DNA of 64,000 bases from Lujinxingia vulgaris (GCA_040393065.1 JBEBUW010000012.1:932-64931), one strand, 5' to 3'. Positions 45,660 to 56,497 are shown, counted from the first letter of the stretch. The notes: generated by a model from the sequence alone, not told the origin. Translations and numbers: made by a program.

Positions 45660-47021
45660 TCAATATTGATACGTAAGTGCGATACGCAGGCCCTGGACCA
45701 GTTCAAAGGCCAGCGCATCGACGAATCCGTCTAACTCGCCTTCGCCCTGGTATCCGCTGCGAATCATCTGGAAACCATACCCGACGGACGCGCCCAACTT
45801 CGGCATAAATTCATACAAAAAACCAAGCTCTGTACCAAAACCATAGCTGTGCGAACTCTGCCCAAACAGCAATTGCTGATTGCCCACAAACGCAAGCGGC
45901 ACAAGATCTGCGTTTGCCCATACGGCAAGACCACTCATGCCGACCGGAAAAGACAACCGCGTTCCAAGCACCAGCGAAACCATACTCAGAGAGGGCACAT
46001 ATTCATTCTCACCAACAGCAGATGCCGTATAACGAACACCGAGCTTAAACCGTACCTGCTGATTGATCAGCGAACTTGCCGTGCCAAGCGGCGAATCCAT
46101 CCGATAAATCGCGCCGCCCTCGATTCCGAAATGGTGAATGGGCAAAGACAAAATATCACCATCCTCCAATGGTATCTGAGCACTATCAAACCCGTGATAG
46201 TAGTTAGCATAGATTCCCGCCGAAGCCATTTCAGGATTGGAAAGAGAAAAAGGATACGCTTCGATATCCAGCTCCATTCCGGCCATCATATTCGATGGAT
46301 AGGCATAAGTTCCTTTCGGATCAAAAGTGTCCTTGTCAATCGGCCGGCTTGCCACCAGCGTGTCTTTACCGGTCAAGCGAAAACCACCGCGAAGCCAGAG
46401 CCAGTCGCGCTTCAACCGATCCGCAATGGCCTGCTTTTCGCTCGCGGCACGTGCACGAACAACCTCTGGATCATCCGACGCTTCGACCTCGTCTTCGAGC
46501 AGACTTACACTTTCTTCCGCACGCGGTTCAGCCCCGACCGCCTTGACGATGCCAGTAAGTCGTTCCGTTTCGAGCCGCAAAAACGAAGCACCAGCACCTG
46601 ACAAACCCGATTCACTCTTATCGACCTGCACACTTTTTTGAGGCTGACCGGACTGCGCCTCAATAAAATGAGCGATATAACCGGTTTCTTCTTCGTTCAG
46701 CACGACATGCAGCAAAAAATCAATACTGCTGCCACTCATTACCCAACGAAGATCTCCGGCTCTTTCCATGATCGTTTCTGCACGGAATCCGCGGCCTTTT
46801 ACCTGCCCCATGAACCAATCAGAATCACGAACATCGAGCCCTTCCACCGACTGAAGCTCCGTCAACAAACGCTCGGTGCCACCTTCAGGAACATCCAGAA
46901 CGACCACCCGCACAGGCTGCGGTGCCGGCTGTGCAGCTGCATCCGAAGTCCAGATGGATGAGGTGACCAGTGCAGAAACCAGCACCATCGCCACAAGAAA
47001 AATTCCGCGAGAAAATCCCAT
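45660..47021 (-). CDS. putative outer-membrane beta-barrel protein
   Basis: Signal peptide MGFSRGIFLVAMVLVSALVTSSIWTSDAAA. C-terminal half with alternating beta-strand pattern ending LRIALTYQY. Downstream of pilT on the same strand. Confidence 0.5.
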   Translation of the reverse strand: MGFSRGIFLVAMVLVSALVTSSIWTSDAAAQPAPQPVRVVVLDVPEGGTERLLTELQSVEGLDVRDSDWFMGQVKGRGFRAETIMERAGDLRWVMSGSSIDFLLHVVLNEEETGYIAHFIEAQSGQPQKSVQVDKSESGLSGAGASFLRLETERLTGIVKAVGAEPRAEESVSLLEDEVEASDDPEVVRARAASEKQAIADRLKRDWLWLRGGFRLTGKDTLVASRPIDKDTFDPKGTYAYPSNMMAGMELDIEAYPFSLSNPEMASAGIYANYYHGFDSAQIPLEDGDILSLPIHHFGIEGGAIYRMDSPLGTASSLINQQVRFKLGVRYTASAVGENEYVPSLSMVSLVLGTRLSFPVGMSGLAVWANADLVPLAFVGNQQLLFGQSSHSYGFGTELGFLYEFMPKLGASVGYGFQMIRSGYQGEGELDGFVDALAFELVQGLRIALTYQY

Positions 47022-47131
47022 ACTTTTACGACAATACGTCACCGGAAAACCCCTTCTCGTTCGTTCATTCTTATTCATCAAGTTCTGAGAGCTCCGCGAA
47101 ATTTTACGCAACCGGCGATAAGCCGGTCAGG

Positions 47132-48310
47132 TTAAAATCGCTCGATATCAAAATCATCCAGGTCAAAATCATCACCGCCGGTCGTTCTTCTGGATACGTG
47201 ATCCGCTTCAAAGCTTTGCCACGCACTCTCATTACTGGTTGAGCCAATTCCGCTCACTCGAAGCGCGAAATCATCGGGATTACTCGACTGAACCAGTGCC
47301 TCTTCGTACGTAATATACCCGTTCTGCAACAGCCACATCAAAGATTGATCAAAGGTCTGCATTCCGTAGTTATCGAAACCTTTGGCCATTTGCTCTGTGA
47401 TAATTCGTGCTGTTGCTTCTTCCAGAATCAGTTCGCGGATCCGCGCCGTAGACAACATGACCTCAACAGCCGGGACACGTCCTTTGCCATCGGCCCGCGG
47501 AACCAAACGCTGCGAAATTACGCCACGAAACAAGTTCGCAAACTGATACCGTGCCTGATCACGCATATGCGGCGGAAATGCCGTCACAATACGCGTAATC
47601 GATTCCGCCGCATCCACCGTATGCAGCGTAGAAATTACAAGATGTCCGGTTTCAGCAGCCGTCATCGCGATTTCAATCGTTTCCAGATCTCGCATCTCAC
47701 CCAACATGATGACATCCGGATCTTGTCTCAATGCGGCTTTGAGCGCGCGCGCAAACGAGCTGGTGTCATTACCGATCTCACGCTGATTGATGATGCTGCG
47801 CTTATCACGAATCAAAAACTCGATCGGATCTTCGACCGTCATGATATGCGCTGTGCGCGTTTGATTGATGTAATCCACCATCGACGCCATGGTTGTCGAT
47901 TTACCACTTCCCGTTGCGCCGGTGACAAGAATCAAACCACGACGCTCCTCACTCAGTCGTTTCACAACTTCCGGCAAAAGCAGTTCTTCCACCGTATTGA
48001 CTTTGAAAGGAATGATACGGAAAACCAGACCGATTGAGCCTCGTTGCTGAAAGCAGTTCACGCGGAACCGCCCCACTCCGGGCACGCCATACGCAAGATC
48101 TACGTCCAGAGTTTTTTGAAACTCCTCGCGCTGATACTTTGACATGATATCCGAAGCCACCTTGCCCAGATCTTCTGGCGTCAGTCGTTTCGCATCACGA
48201 AGCGGTAACAACGAGCCGTCTACGCGGAAAATCGGCGGTAAGCCGGCTTTCAGATGTATATCACTCGCGCCACCCTTTACTGCGACCTGCAAAATCCTGT
48301 TCAGATCCAT
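47132..48310 (-). CDS. pilT: type IV pilus retraction ATPase PilT family
   Basis: GASDIHL..G.PP..RV.G, Walker A GATGSGKST, TVEDPIEF, LRQDPDVIMLGEMRD, GHLV.STLHT. Acidic C-terminal extension. Confidence 0.9.
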   Translation of the reverse strand: MDLNRILQVAVKGGASDIHLKAGLPPIFRVDGSLLPLRDAKRLTPEDLGKVASDIMSKYQREEFQKTLDVDLAYGVPGVGRFRVNCFQQRGSIGLVFRIIPFKVNTVEELLLPEVVKRLSEERRGLILVTGATGSGKSTTMASMVDYINQTRTAHIMTVEDPIEFLIRDKRSIINQREIGNDTSSFARALKAALRQDPDVIMLGEMRDLETIEIAMTAAETGHLVISTLHTVDAAESITRIVTAFPPHMRDQARYQFANLFRGVISQRLVPRADGKGRVPAVEVMLSTARIRELILEEATARIITEQMAKGFDNYGMQTFDQSLMWLLQNGYITYEEALVQSSNPDDFALRVSGIGSTSNESAWQSFEADHVSRRTTGGDDFDLDDFDIERF

Positions 48311-48528
48311 GTCAGCTATCGTTTAGGTTTATAAAAGTGTTGATAAAATAAGATGTTAATAGGACGCAAAACCGACGTGATAGTCGCATGCGCACCTGAT
48401 TAACTCAACAGCTTTCATACTACTGCGATCAACGACACTTCCGGTAATTTTTCGCTAAAAAAACCCGTTCAGCCCGAAAAACAATGTCCACAATGACTTG
48501 TTCTTCCAGGATTTTCGCTAAAAGACAC

Positions 48529-48574
48529 AAAAAAACCCGTGCAATCGCCTCGACCAACCCGGTGACTGCACAGG
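48529..48574 (-). terminator. rho-independent terminator of recA
   Basis: Minus strand reads CCTGTGCAGTC...GATTGCACGGG followed by TTTTTTT. Confidence 0.65.
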
Positions 48575-48605
48575 TAATTTTTTAGATCGTTTCTATCTGC
48601 CTGAC

Positions 48606-49649
48606 TTATTCTGCGGGAGCAGCAACCACCGCAATTTCCGGCTTCGCTGCCGGCAGGCCGTAATGATCACGAATCTGATTCTCGATATCCAGCAACATTT
48701 CTGGCCGATCGATCAAGAATTGCTTGGCATTTTCACGCCCCTGGCCCAGCCGCTCATCGCGATAGCTAAACCACGAGCCCGCCTTGTCCACAATGCCCAG
48801 CTCACATCCCACGTCGAGCACGTCGCCCGCGCGGCTGATGCCCTGGCCATACATGATATCGAATTCAGCTTCCTTAAACGGCGGTGCGCATTTGTTTTTT
48901 ACCACTTTTACGCGCGTACGGTTCCCTGTGAGATCCGAGCCATCCTTAATCGCGCCAATCCGTCGGATGTCCATGCGTACTGAAGAATAGAACTTCAGCG
49001 CATTTCCACCGGTCGTGGTTTCTGGATTGCCAAACATCACGCCGATTTTCATGCGGATCTGGTTGATGAAAATAACGCAGGTTTTCGATTTGCTGATCGT
49101 ACCCGTCAGCTTCCGGAGCGCCTGACTCATCAAACGAGCCTGCAGGCCCATGTGGCTGTCACCCATTTCACCCTCGATTTCCGCGCGTGGCACCAGCGCA
49201 GCTACCGAGTCGACAACCAGCAGATCGATGGCATTGGAACGCACCAACATATCCACAATTTCCAGGGCCTGCTCACCGGTGTCCGGCTGGCTGACCAACA
49301 ACTCATCGATGTTCACTCCGAGCGACTGCGCATACTTCACATCCAGCGCATGCTCCGCGTCGATGAACGCAACCACGCCACCCGCTTTCTGCGCATTCGC
49401 CAGCGCGTGCAGCGTCAAAGTCGTCTTTCCAGAAGACTCCGGCCCATAAATCTCGATCACACGGCCACGCGGAAATCCGCCTACGCCCAATGCAATGTCC
49501 AACGAAATCGAACCGGTAGAAATCGGATCTTCCTCTTTGATCGTCTCGTCTGTTCCCAGACGCATGATCGCACCCTTACCGAACTGCTTCTCGATCGCCC
49601 CAACCGTCAGTTCGAGTGCTTTTTGCTTATTTTTATCTGCTGTAGCCAT
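48606..49649 (-). CDS. recA: recombinase RecA
   Basis: GKGAIMRLG, Walker [55 protein letters not shown]. Confidence 0.97.
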   Translation of the reverse strand: MATADKNKQKALELTVGAIEKQFGKGAIMRLGTDETIKEEDPISTGSISLDIALGVGGFPRGRVIEIYGPESSGKTTLTLHALANAQKAGGVVAFIDAEHALDVKYAQSLGVNIDELLVSQPDTGEQALEIVDMLVRSNAIDLLVVDSVAALVPRAEIEGEMGDSHMGLQARLMSQALRKLTGTISKSKTCVIFINQIRMKIGVMFGNPETTTGGNALKFYSSVRMDIRRIGAIKDGSDLTGNRTRVKVVKNKCAPPFKEAEFDIMYGQGISRAGDVLDVGCELGIVDKAGSWFSYRDERLGQGRENAKQFLIDRPEMLLDIENQIRDHYGLPAAKPEIAVVAAPAE

Positions 49650-49739
49650 GCTGAAGTCTCCCTAGATTTGACTGAACTTATGTATATCGAAAGCTTTTGC
49701 GTTTCATTCTAACGAAAGCGAACATCACATCCCAAAACA

Positions 49740-49777
49740 CTGAATACCTGTATAGCCACCTCCCCTGGTTGAGTCAA
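49740..49777 (-). promoter_or_regulatory. candidate recA promoter with overlapping LexA-box-like site
   Basis: Minus strand: TTGACT (49772-49777), 17 nt, TATACA (49749-49754). CTATACAGGTATTCAG (49740-49755) overlaps the -10. It matches about 14/17 positions of the M. xanthus LexA box CTRHAMRYBYGTTCAGS as I remember it. Confidence 0.3.
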
Positions 49778-50125
49778 GACCGAGATTACAAAATTGCGGC
49801 CTTATTTTGATCGTATCAGGCACAATAATCTGAATGACCTTTATGCCCTGTTGAACAACGCACTCATAATGTTATCGAACGATCGGCACGAAATGTTGCC
49901 TGTTATTATTAATTTTTTTCAGAATCCCCACTGCCGAACGTAAAAGCAGGCAAATTCGTTCGGAACTCCATCAATCAGTGTCCTTCAAAACCGCCCACAA
50001 AGTACCGGCCATTCCCCGCCCACCTCTGTTTTTTATTCTTCGTCGTCTGCGCGCCCCCGACAGCCCGACCACACAACCCGAACACAGCGAACTGGCACCG
50101 AATCTCCCTGAAAAATTTTAACGTT

Positions 50126-50713
50126 TCAGGTATTTCCGAGCGGGAAGCGCTCCAGAACAATGTACCTCGGCCCCCGATGCTCAAGCCTGGATTCGTACAG
50201 AACAATATCTTTGATATAACTTTTCCCAAACCGCATATCGGAAAACCGCTCGATCGTTTCGCTCACATCGACAGCTTTCGTCGTACGCACACGCCCGAGC
50301 GTAATGTGAGGAAGAAACTCACGTGTTTCCTCCGCGATTCCAAGCTCCTCCAGGTCGCGCTCGACTGCCTGCTGCAACAGGCCCAGCACCTCGCCACCAC
50401 GCGTATCCATGCCGGCCCACAGAATCCTTGGTCGAGAAATATCCGGAAAAAATCCCACGCCCTGACATTCGACTTCGAAAGGAAACAACGGCTGCCCCAG
50501 CTTCTCCAGCTTCTGCGCAATCATCGGCAACAACGCATCTTCCGTTTCTCCCAGAAATTTCAGTGTCAGATGAATATTCGGCGCCTCAACCCAGCGCACA
50601 TTCAACCCGTCGCCTACACGCGAGCTAAATTGCCGTTGTAAATCTTCCTGAAGAATTGCCAGCTTTTCGACGACCGCAATGGATAAATCGACTGCTATAA
50701 AAAGACGTTTCAT
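50126..50713 (-). CDS. thpR: RNA 2',3'-cyclic phosphodiesterase (2H family)
   Basis: Two H-x-T-x motifs (HLTLKFLG and HITLGR). RLFIAV start. ATGA overlap with the cinA stop. Confidence 0.85.
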   Translation of the reverse strand: MKRLFIAVDLSIAVVEKLAILQEDLQRQFSSRVGDGLNVRWVEAPNIHLTLKFLGETEDALLPMIAQKLEKLGQPLFPFEVECQGVGFFPDISRPRILWAGMDTRGGEVLGLLQQAVERDLEELGIAEETREFLPHITLGRVRTTKAVDVSETIERFSDMRFGKSYIKDIVLYESRLEHRGPRYIVLERFPLGNT

Positions 50714-52035
50714 GAACCCTTACTGGCCTCAACTGATGAATTACCAAGTATAAAATCTGTGTCCTCAAACGGACCGTCGACCCGATGCTGCGTCAACCTG
50801 CCTTCCAGCTTCCATAACAATAACGACAACGCCGTGTAAACCGATGCCTGCCGGACTTGTTCACGATCACGTTGCACATAGAGCATGTGTCGATGCCACG
50901 TCCCGCGGGCTAACGACAGAGCAATATGCACGGTCCCCACTGGTTTTTCTGGCGAACCTCCCGACGGCCCTGCAATTCCACTGATCGCCAGGGCATAGTC
51001 AGAACCAGCACGCCTGCGTGCACCAATTGCCATCTGACAAACAACTTCACGACTGACCGCGCCATGCGTAGCCAACGCATCCGGATGAACCCCCAACTCT
51101 TCCATCTTGGAACGGTTCGAATACGTAATATATCCGCGCTCAAACCAGGCAGAACTTCCGGAAACTTCCGTCAGTGCAGCGCCAAGACCACCACCCGTGC
51201 ACGATTCCGCAACTGTAACGGTGGCTTGCTCAGCCATCAACAGACGTCCAACGCGCGCAACCAACGTTTCGTCGCCCTCGCTGATCAGCCAGGCACCTGC
51301 CCGCTCCAGAACACGCTTTTGCAAACGCTCCAGCCCGGACGATTCCAGTGCTGAAAGCGCCACTTCGATCAACGGATAAGCCGCCCGATAACTCACACGC
51401 CCTCCAACTTCGGCGGCTATTTCACCGATATCTCCGAGTTTCTCGGCGAGTTCACTTTCACCCACACCGTGGAAGCCGTACTTCGTGTGGAGTCTGACGC
51501 CAGAAGCCGCACTTTCATCCAGAATCGGCACTACATAGGTTTCTAAAAACCAGCGAAACTCCCGCGGGACTCCCGGAAAAAACAACACCCTGACACCCGC
51601 CTTCACCAGCTCAAAACCAGCGGCTGTTCCCACCTCTGTGCGCAAAATCTTCGCCAGCGCTGGAAAATACGCCTGCCGTGCGTTGTTTTCGGTAAAATGA
51701 GCACCACGCGCCCGAAAGCGCTCCTTCATCTGCTCCAGCGTCATGTCATCAAGCACCAACGCACACCCCGCCCAGGCAGCGGCCACTTCACGTGTAAGAT
51801 CGTCTTCCGTCGGTCCCAGCCCTCCCGACACGATGACCAGCCCGACGCCTTCATCAGCCACCGCATCATTGAGCGCTCCCAGAACTGCAGCTCTGGTATC
51901 GCGCACAATCCGAATCGACACGACCTCCGCTTCATGCATCCCGGCAAACTGCACCATCGAACCGCTATTTTGATCCGTAATCCGGCCGTCTAAAAGCTCA
52001 TCCCCTGTGCATACCACGCTGATTTTCATCATCAT
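50710..52035 (-). CDS. cinA: CinA-family competence/damage-inducible protein (MoCF-like N domain plus PncC-like deamidase)
   Basis: KISVVCTGDELLDGRITDQNS, SGGLGPTEDDLT, VAESCTGGGLGAAL. Start taken at the ATG cluster after a GGTG RBS rather than the ORF-track 52134. Confidence 0.88.
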   Translation of the reverse strand: MMMKISVVCTGDELLDGRITDQNSGSMVQFAGMHEAEVVSIRIVRDTRAAVLGALNDAVADEGVGLVIVSGGLGPTEDDLTREVAAAWAGCALVLDDMTLEQMKERFRARGAHFTENNARQAYFPALAKILRTEVGTAAGFELVKAGVRVLFFPGVPREFRWFLETYVVPILDESAASGVRLHTKYGFHGVGESELAEKLGDIGEIAAEVGGRVSYRAAYPLIEVALSALESSGLERLQKRVLERAGAWLISEGDETLVARVGRLLMAEQATVTVAESCTGGGLGAALTEVSGSSAWFERGYITYSNRSKMEELGVHPDALATHGAVSREVVCQMAIGARRRAGSDYALAISGIAGPSGGSPEKPVGTVHIALSLARGTWHRHMLYVQRDREQVRQASVYTALSLLLWKLEGRLTQHRVDGPFEDTDFILGNSSVEASKGS

Positions 52036-52214
52036 TTCACCTTTCGATGTCAGTTCTTCATGCCGATATAGCAATCGAAAGCACAACGTCTCTATAGAAC
52101 TTGACGCTGTCCAGAGCACTGCACTACAGTCCAAGTTCAGCGCGCGGCTCCACTCGTCGCCTTACATCAGACGTCCAAATCCATGACAATGTGCATGGTG
52201 CCATGGGTTATTTC

Positions 52215-54803
52215 ATGCCTGATATTTTCGATAAATACCAGCTTATCAAGCGAATAGCTCAGGGCGGAATTGCCGAAGTCTTTCTGGCCAGACAACTCGG
52301 CGATGTCGGCGGATTTTCAAGGCAAGTCGCGATTAAGCGCATGTTTCCGCACCTGATCGATCGCGAGGACATCATCACGATGTTCATCGACGAAGCGCGC
52401 ATTGTGGCCGAACTCAATCACCCGGCGATCGTGCAGACTTTCGATCTTGGCGTGACCGATGGCGCTTTTTACATCGCTATGGAATACATCGACGGCCTGG
52501 ATTTGCGCCGGGTCTGTGAAATCGGCATCGAAAACGACGCTTTTCTGCCTGCTGAAATCGCGGTCCAGATCATCATCGAAGCAGCCGCCGGTCTGCATTA
52601 TGCGCACACGCGCGTCGACGCCAACGGCAACCCGATGAACATCGTCCACCGCGATGTTTCTCCACAAAACATCCTGATCAGTCGACAAGGCGCCGTAAAA
52701 ATCTGCGACTTTGGCATTGCCAAGGCAGAACGACGTTTGACCACAACTCGTTCCGGAGAGTTCAAAGGCAAATTTGGCTACATGAGCCCCGAGCAGGCCG
52801 AGGGCCTGCCACTCGACGCGCGAAGCGACATCTTTTCGCTCGGCATCATGCTGTATGAAATCACGGTCGGAACGCGGCTTTTTCGTGCTTTTAACGAATA
52901 TGAAACCATCAAACTGGTCGTAAATGCGCAGATTGAGCCGCCTTCGAAAATCGTTCCGAACTTTCCGCGAGATCTGGAAGCGATTATCCTGAAAGCCCTG
53001 CAACGAGAGCCCTCCAAACGGTTTCAGACTGCCGAAGCCCTCCAACTCGCCCTGGAAGACTGGTTGTTTACCCATCGGCAACGTGTGGGCCCGCAGCAAA
53101 TCGCTCGTTACATGGAACTTTTGTTTTCTAAGCTTCCGCCAGAAACCGAGGAAAACACACCGCTGCGCACCGAATCAGCACCTGCTTCCGCGGTTGCGGC
53201 TCCAGCTCCGGCTCCGGCGCCTGTGCAGACGACACCCAATCCTGTGTTGCCTTCTTTGCAGATTCAGCCCAGACCCGGCTCGAGCCCACTTCCGACCGCT
53301 CTCAATCTGCCATCGCCCTCAACCGGGCTGCGATTGCCTGCCCCCAGACTCGATCAGACTTCGATTGACGCGATGTTTGCCGATAACGCTGTCGGCGATG
53401 ACGATTTAACGCGTCCATTTTCACCCGATCAACAACGTTCTCCGGCTCCTGCGCCTGCTGCTGTTGGATTGCCCGACCCGGCCAGCATGCAACATCCAGC
53501 CGCACCCGCAGCGACGGCCATCCCGGCAGCACTTCCCGCCCCGGCCCCGGCCCGTTTACAACCACAGCTCAGACCTGCAACACCTCAAGCTCTCCGGCCC
53601 CAAACGGCTCCGGCACAACCACCAGCCGCAGAACCGGCCCCGGCACCGCAAAAAACCTGGTCCGTCGATCCACTACTCGACGATGACGACGATACCAACT
53701 GGGCCCAAACCCACGCCCGGCGCAAAAAGCTACTCGCCGGCGTCGCCATTCTTGGTGCCGCCATTGTCATCGGCGGCGCAGCCTGGTTTCTTACGCAGCA
53801 GCCCGAACCCGATGCCCACCAGGCTTCCCTGGCCGAAAGCCCGGAAAGCACGGAGGTAATTCATCGCGGCCCTCTGCTCGATCACCCGACCACCAACGTT
53901 TCCGTTGAATCTACCCCGCCGGGCGCCCATATCGTCGTAAATGGAAAATTATCCGGCCTCACAACACCGGCCGAAGTCGCTCTGTTTCGCGATACGCCCA
54001 ACGAAATCGTGCTCTATTCGCAGGGATTTCTTCCCTCCCAATTGATTCTGACGCCTTCAGAATCAACGCCGGTACAATCCGCAAATCTTACGCCACGCCC
54101 TCAGCCTGTTGCTGGCAAACTTCATCTAAAAAGCACACCCCTTGGCGCAACCATTACCTTGAACGGCGAGCAGATTGGCACCACGCCTATGACGCTCGAA
54201 AATATCGCCAGCAATTTTGAACACCATGTCCAGCTAAGCCTGAATGATCATTTTACGTTCGCCGGCTTCATTTATATTTTGCCAGAACTCGACAATACCA
54301 TTGACGCTATTCTGGCTCCGCTCGACCAGCCCGGTCGTCAGGCGCTCGTTGAAGTCGCTTTTGAACCACTCCCACGCGGCTCGCATGTACAGCTTAACGG
54401 CGAAACCCTGGGAATTTCTCCGTTTTACTCCAACCAAAGCCGCGATTCTCTGCTCCAACTCGAAGTGCAAGCCGTCAATCATCAAGCAATCCGCCGCGTT
54501 ATCGCAACTTCGGATATCGGCTCATTTCTTTTGCGTCCTTATCTTCCACCGATCAAACGGGAAGCCGGCCGCATCAGTCTAAACGTACAGCCGGCGGCCG
54601 CAAACGTGTACATCGGCTCGCGCGCCTACGATGCAAAGCAACTGCGCAACATCGAACTGCTGGAAGGCGAGTACGATGCCGTCTTCGAAACCACAGACGG
54701 CGAACGGCTCCGCACCAAAATCCAGGTTCATCCCAATCAGCGCACTTCCTACAATGTGCAACTCACCGCCGAACAGGCCACTGTAACCGTTTCCCAGCGC
54801 TGA
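52215..54803 (+). CDS. Ser/Thr protein kinase with Pro-rich linker, TM segment and PEGA domains
   Basis: GGIAEVFLA, VAIKR, HRDVSPQNIL, DFGIAK, GYMSPEQ. TM LLAGVAILGAAIVIGGAAWFL. PEGA-like VESTPPGAHIVVNGKLSGLTTP and LKSTPLGATITLNGEQIGTTP. Start uncertain (52203 or 52215). Confidence 0.88.
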   Translation: MPDIFDKYQLIKRIAQGGIAEVFLARQLGDVGGFSRQVAIKRMFPHLIDREDIITMFIDEARIVAELNHPAIVQTFDLGVTDGAFYIAMEYIDGLDLRRVCEIGIENDAFLPAEIAVQIIIEAAAGLHYAHTRVDANGNPMNIVHRDVSPQNILISRQGAVKICDFGIAKAERRLTTTRSGEFKGKFGYMSPEQAEGLPLDARSDIFSLGIMLYEITVGTRLFRAFNEYETIKLVVNAQIEPPSKIVPNFPRDLEAIILKALQREPSKRFQTAEALQLALEDWLFTHRQRVGPQQIARYMELLFSKLPPETEENTPLRTESAPASAVAAPAPAPAPVQTTPNPVLPSLQIQPRPGSSPLPTALNLPSPSTGLRLPAPRLDQTSIDAMFADNAVGDDDLTRPFSPDQQRSPAPAPAAVGLPDPASMQHPAAPAATAIPAALPAPAPARLQPQLRPATPQALRPQTAPAQPPAAEPAPAPQKTWSVDPLLDDDDDTNWAQTHARRKKLLAGVAILGAAIVIGGAAWFLTQQPEPDAHQASLAESPESTEVIHRGPLLDHPTTNVSVESTPPGAHIVVNGKLSGLTTPAEVALFRDTPNEIVLYSQGFLPSQLILTPSESTPVQSANLTPRPQPVAGKLHLKSTPLGATITLNGEQIGTTPMTLENIASNFEHHVQLSLNDHFTFAGFIYILPELDNTIDAILAPLDQPGRQALVEVAFEPLPRGSHVQLNGETLGISPFYSNQSRDSLLQLEVQAVNHQAIRRVIATSDIGSFLLRPYLPPIKREAGRISLNVQPAAANVYIGSRAYDAKQLRNIELLEGEYDAVFETTDGERLRTKIQVHPNQRTSYNVQLTAEQATVTVSQR

Positions 54804-54822
54804 ATCATTTATCCACAACACC

Positions 54823-54867
54823 AAAAAGGCCGCGGCAATATCTCATAAGACATTGCCGCGGCCTTTT
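54823..54867. terminator. bidirectional terminator (CCGGCAA..TTGCCGG-like hairpin family)
   Basis: AAAAAGGCCGCGGCAATATCTC-ATA-AGACATTGCCGCGGCCTTTT. Confidence 0.75.
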
Positions 54868-54925
54868 ACTTTCCGGCGATTCCAAAATCTCGCAGACAAA
54901 AATGCCTACGGTTTAAGAATCCTGT

Positions 54926-55531
54926 TTAAGGATTCTGTCCGACCTGCTCCTCAATATATTTTGGAATATAACCCACCGTAATATGCGTGGCGCCAGTCGC
55001 ACCATCATCCCAACTCGCAAACAAGCGAAAACGCGTCGATGCCATAATCACAGCGCCCGGCCGCGGAATATCCTCGGTCAAAGCATCCGCAAATTCTGTA
55101 AATCGAGCACGAACCACCAGAGGCGAAAAGTTATAATGCTTGATTTCCAGCGTTGAAACGCGATTCCCATTATGCGGCCAAAAGCCAGCGCGAATCGTGC
55201 GCGTTTCACCGTCTTTTTCGATGATACAACCTTTGAAAACAGCCCCTTTATGACGCCACCCTCCATCATAAACTTCCAGGCGTCCGCAATGCTTTTCGAG
55301 AACGGCAAGTGCTTCTTGCTCTTCCTGGCCCAGATAAAGGCCGTCTACGCCTTCCAGCGCCAGACTTCCTTCTCGTTCTAAAAAGATCTTGGGCTGCCCC
55401 TGAACCGCATACCTGATTTCCTCGGCAGAAAGTGGCGGAGCCTTTCGAGGACCACAGCCACCAGAAATCAGCAACATTCCAACAAGAATCAGAGCAACGC
55501 CGGGCGCAACGTTTTTTTTGTTCATAGACAT
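54926..55531 (-). CDS. lipoprotein, unknown function
   Basis: MSMNKKNVAPGVALILVGMLLISGG-C lipobox. Last gene of the kinase-rimK string. Confidence 0.65.
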   Translation of the reverse strand: MSMNKKNVAPGVALILVGMLLISGGCGPRKAPPLSAEEIRYAVQGQPKIFLEREGSLALEGVDGLYLGQEEQEALAVLEKHCGRLEVYDGGWRHKGAVFKGCIIEKDGETRTIRAGFWPHNGNRVSTLEIKHYNFSPLVVRARFTEFADALTEDIPRPGAVIMASTRFRLFASWDDGATGATHITVGYIPKYIEEQVGQNP

Positions 55532-55606
55532 CGAGGAGGCCCGTCCGAAACCGTGACAGGTTCGAAGGATTTTAATCAATTCAATGCAAATACAGGACAT
55601 CACCCA

Positions 55607-56497
55607 CTAGCAATGGTTCCTTTGTAGATGAATTTGAGTTTCCGTCCAACAGATAATCTCACGCGCGACATCTTTGCCTGTCGTCGTTTCAATTCCTTCC
55701 AGCCCCGGCGATGAATTCACCTCAATCACCAGAGGCCCTTGCTCAGTAACAAGCAAATCCACGCCTGCCGTATGCAATCCAACACACTGAGCCGCTGCCA
55801 GAGCAACTTCTGCTTCCCGCGCACTCAGCCTGGCCGGAGTGCTCGTACCACCACGATGCAAATTGCTACGGAACTCGCCTTTTTCGGCATGCCGATGCAT
55901 GGCTGCCACAACTTTGCCGCCCACAATGATGACACGCACGTCATGACCACGGCTTTCCTGGACGTATTGCTGCACCAGACAATCCGCATCCAGGCTCCAC
56001 AAGGTCTCCAGGGTTGAGCGCGCCTGCTCCACGGTATCTGCCTTGATCACGCCAATCCCCTGCGTTCCACTCAAGAGCTTGATGATAACGGGCGTCCCCA
56101 CGCTTTGTAGTGCGGCGTCAATCATCTCCGGACTGCAGACCAGAGCTGTACGCGGCACAGGGATCTGCGAAGCCGCCAGAAACTGTAAGGTCCGAAATTT
56201 ATCCCGACTCAGAGCAATCGCGTTGGACGAATTGAGCACAAATATGTTCTTCAGCTCAAAATACGTCAGCATCGCAATACCTTGCCGGGTTACCGACGCC
56301 CCTATACGCGGAATGATGCCATCAAAATCATGCAGCGAGAGCCCATCACACGTGAGAATCAGACCTTCTTCCCCGGCAGAAACCGAGCAATGCAATGGAT
56401 TGATGATCCGCACATCATGCCCGCGTTTACGACCACTTTCAGCCAGACGCCGCGTGCTATACAGAGTACGTTTTGTAGAGAATATCCCGAGCTTCAT
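55607..56497 (-). CDS. rimK: RimK-family ATP-grasp alpha-L-glutamate ligase
   Basis: MKLGIFS....LYSTRRL.E....GH.V..I.P, PVIIKLLSGTQG.GV, EFRSNLHRGG, AGVDLL....GP.V.EVNSSPGLEGIE. Confidence 0.88.
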   Translation of the reverse strand: MKLGIFSTKRTLYSTRRLAESGRKRGHDVRIINPLHCSVSAGEEGLILTCDGLSLHDFDGIIPRIGASVTRQGIAMLTYFELKNIFVLNSSNAIALSRDKFRTLQFLAASQIPVPRTALVCSPEMIDAALQSVGTPVIIKLLSGTQGIGVIKADTVEQARSTLETLWSLDADCLVQQYVQESRGHDVRVIIVGGKVVAAMHRHAEKGEFRSNLHRGGTSTPARLSAREAEVALAAAQCVGLHTAGVDLLVTEQGPLVIEVNSSPGLEGIETTTGKDVAREIICWTETQIHLQRNHC

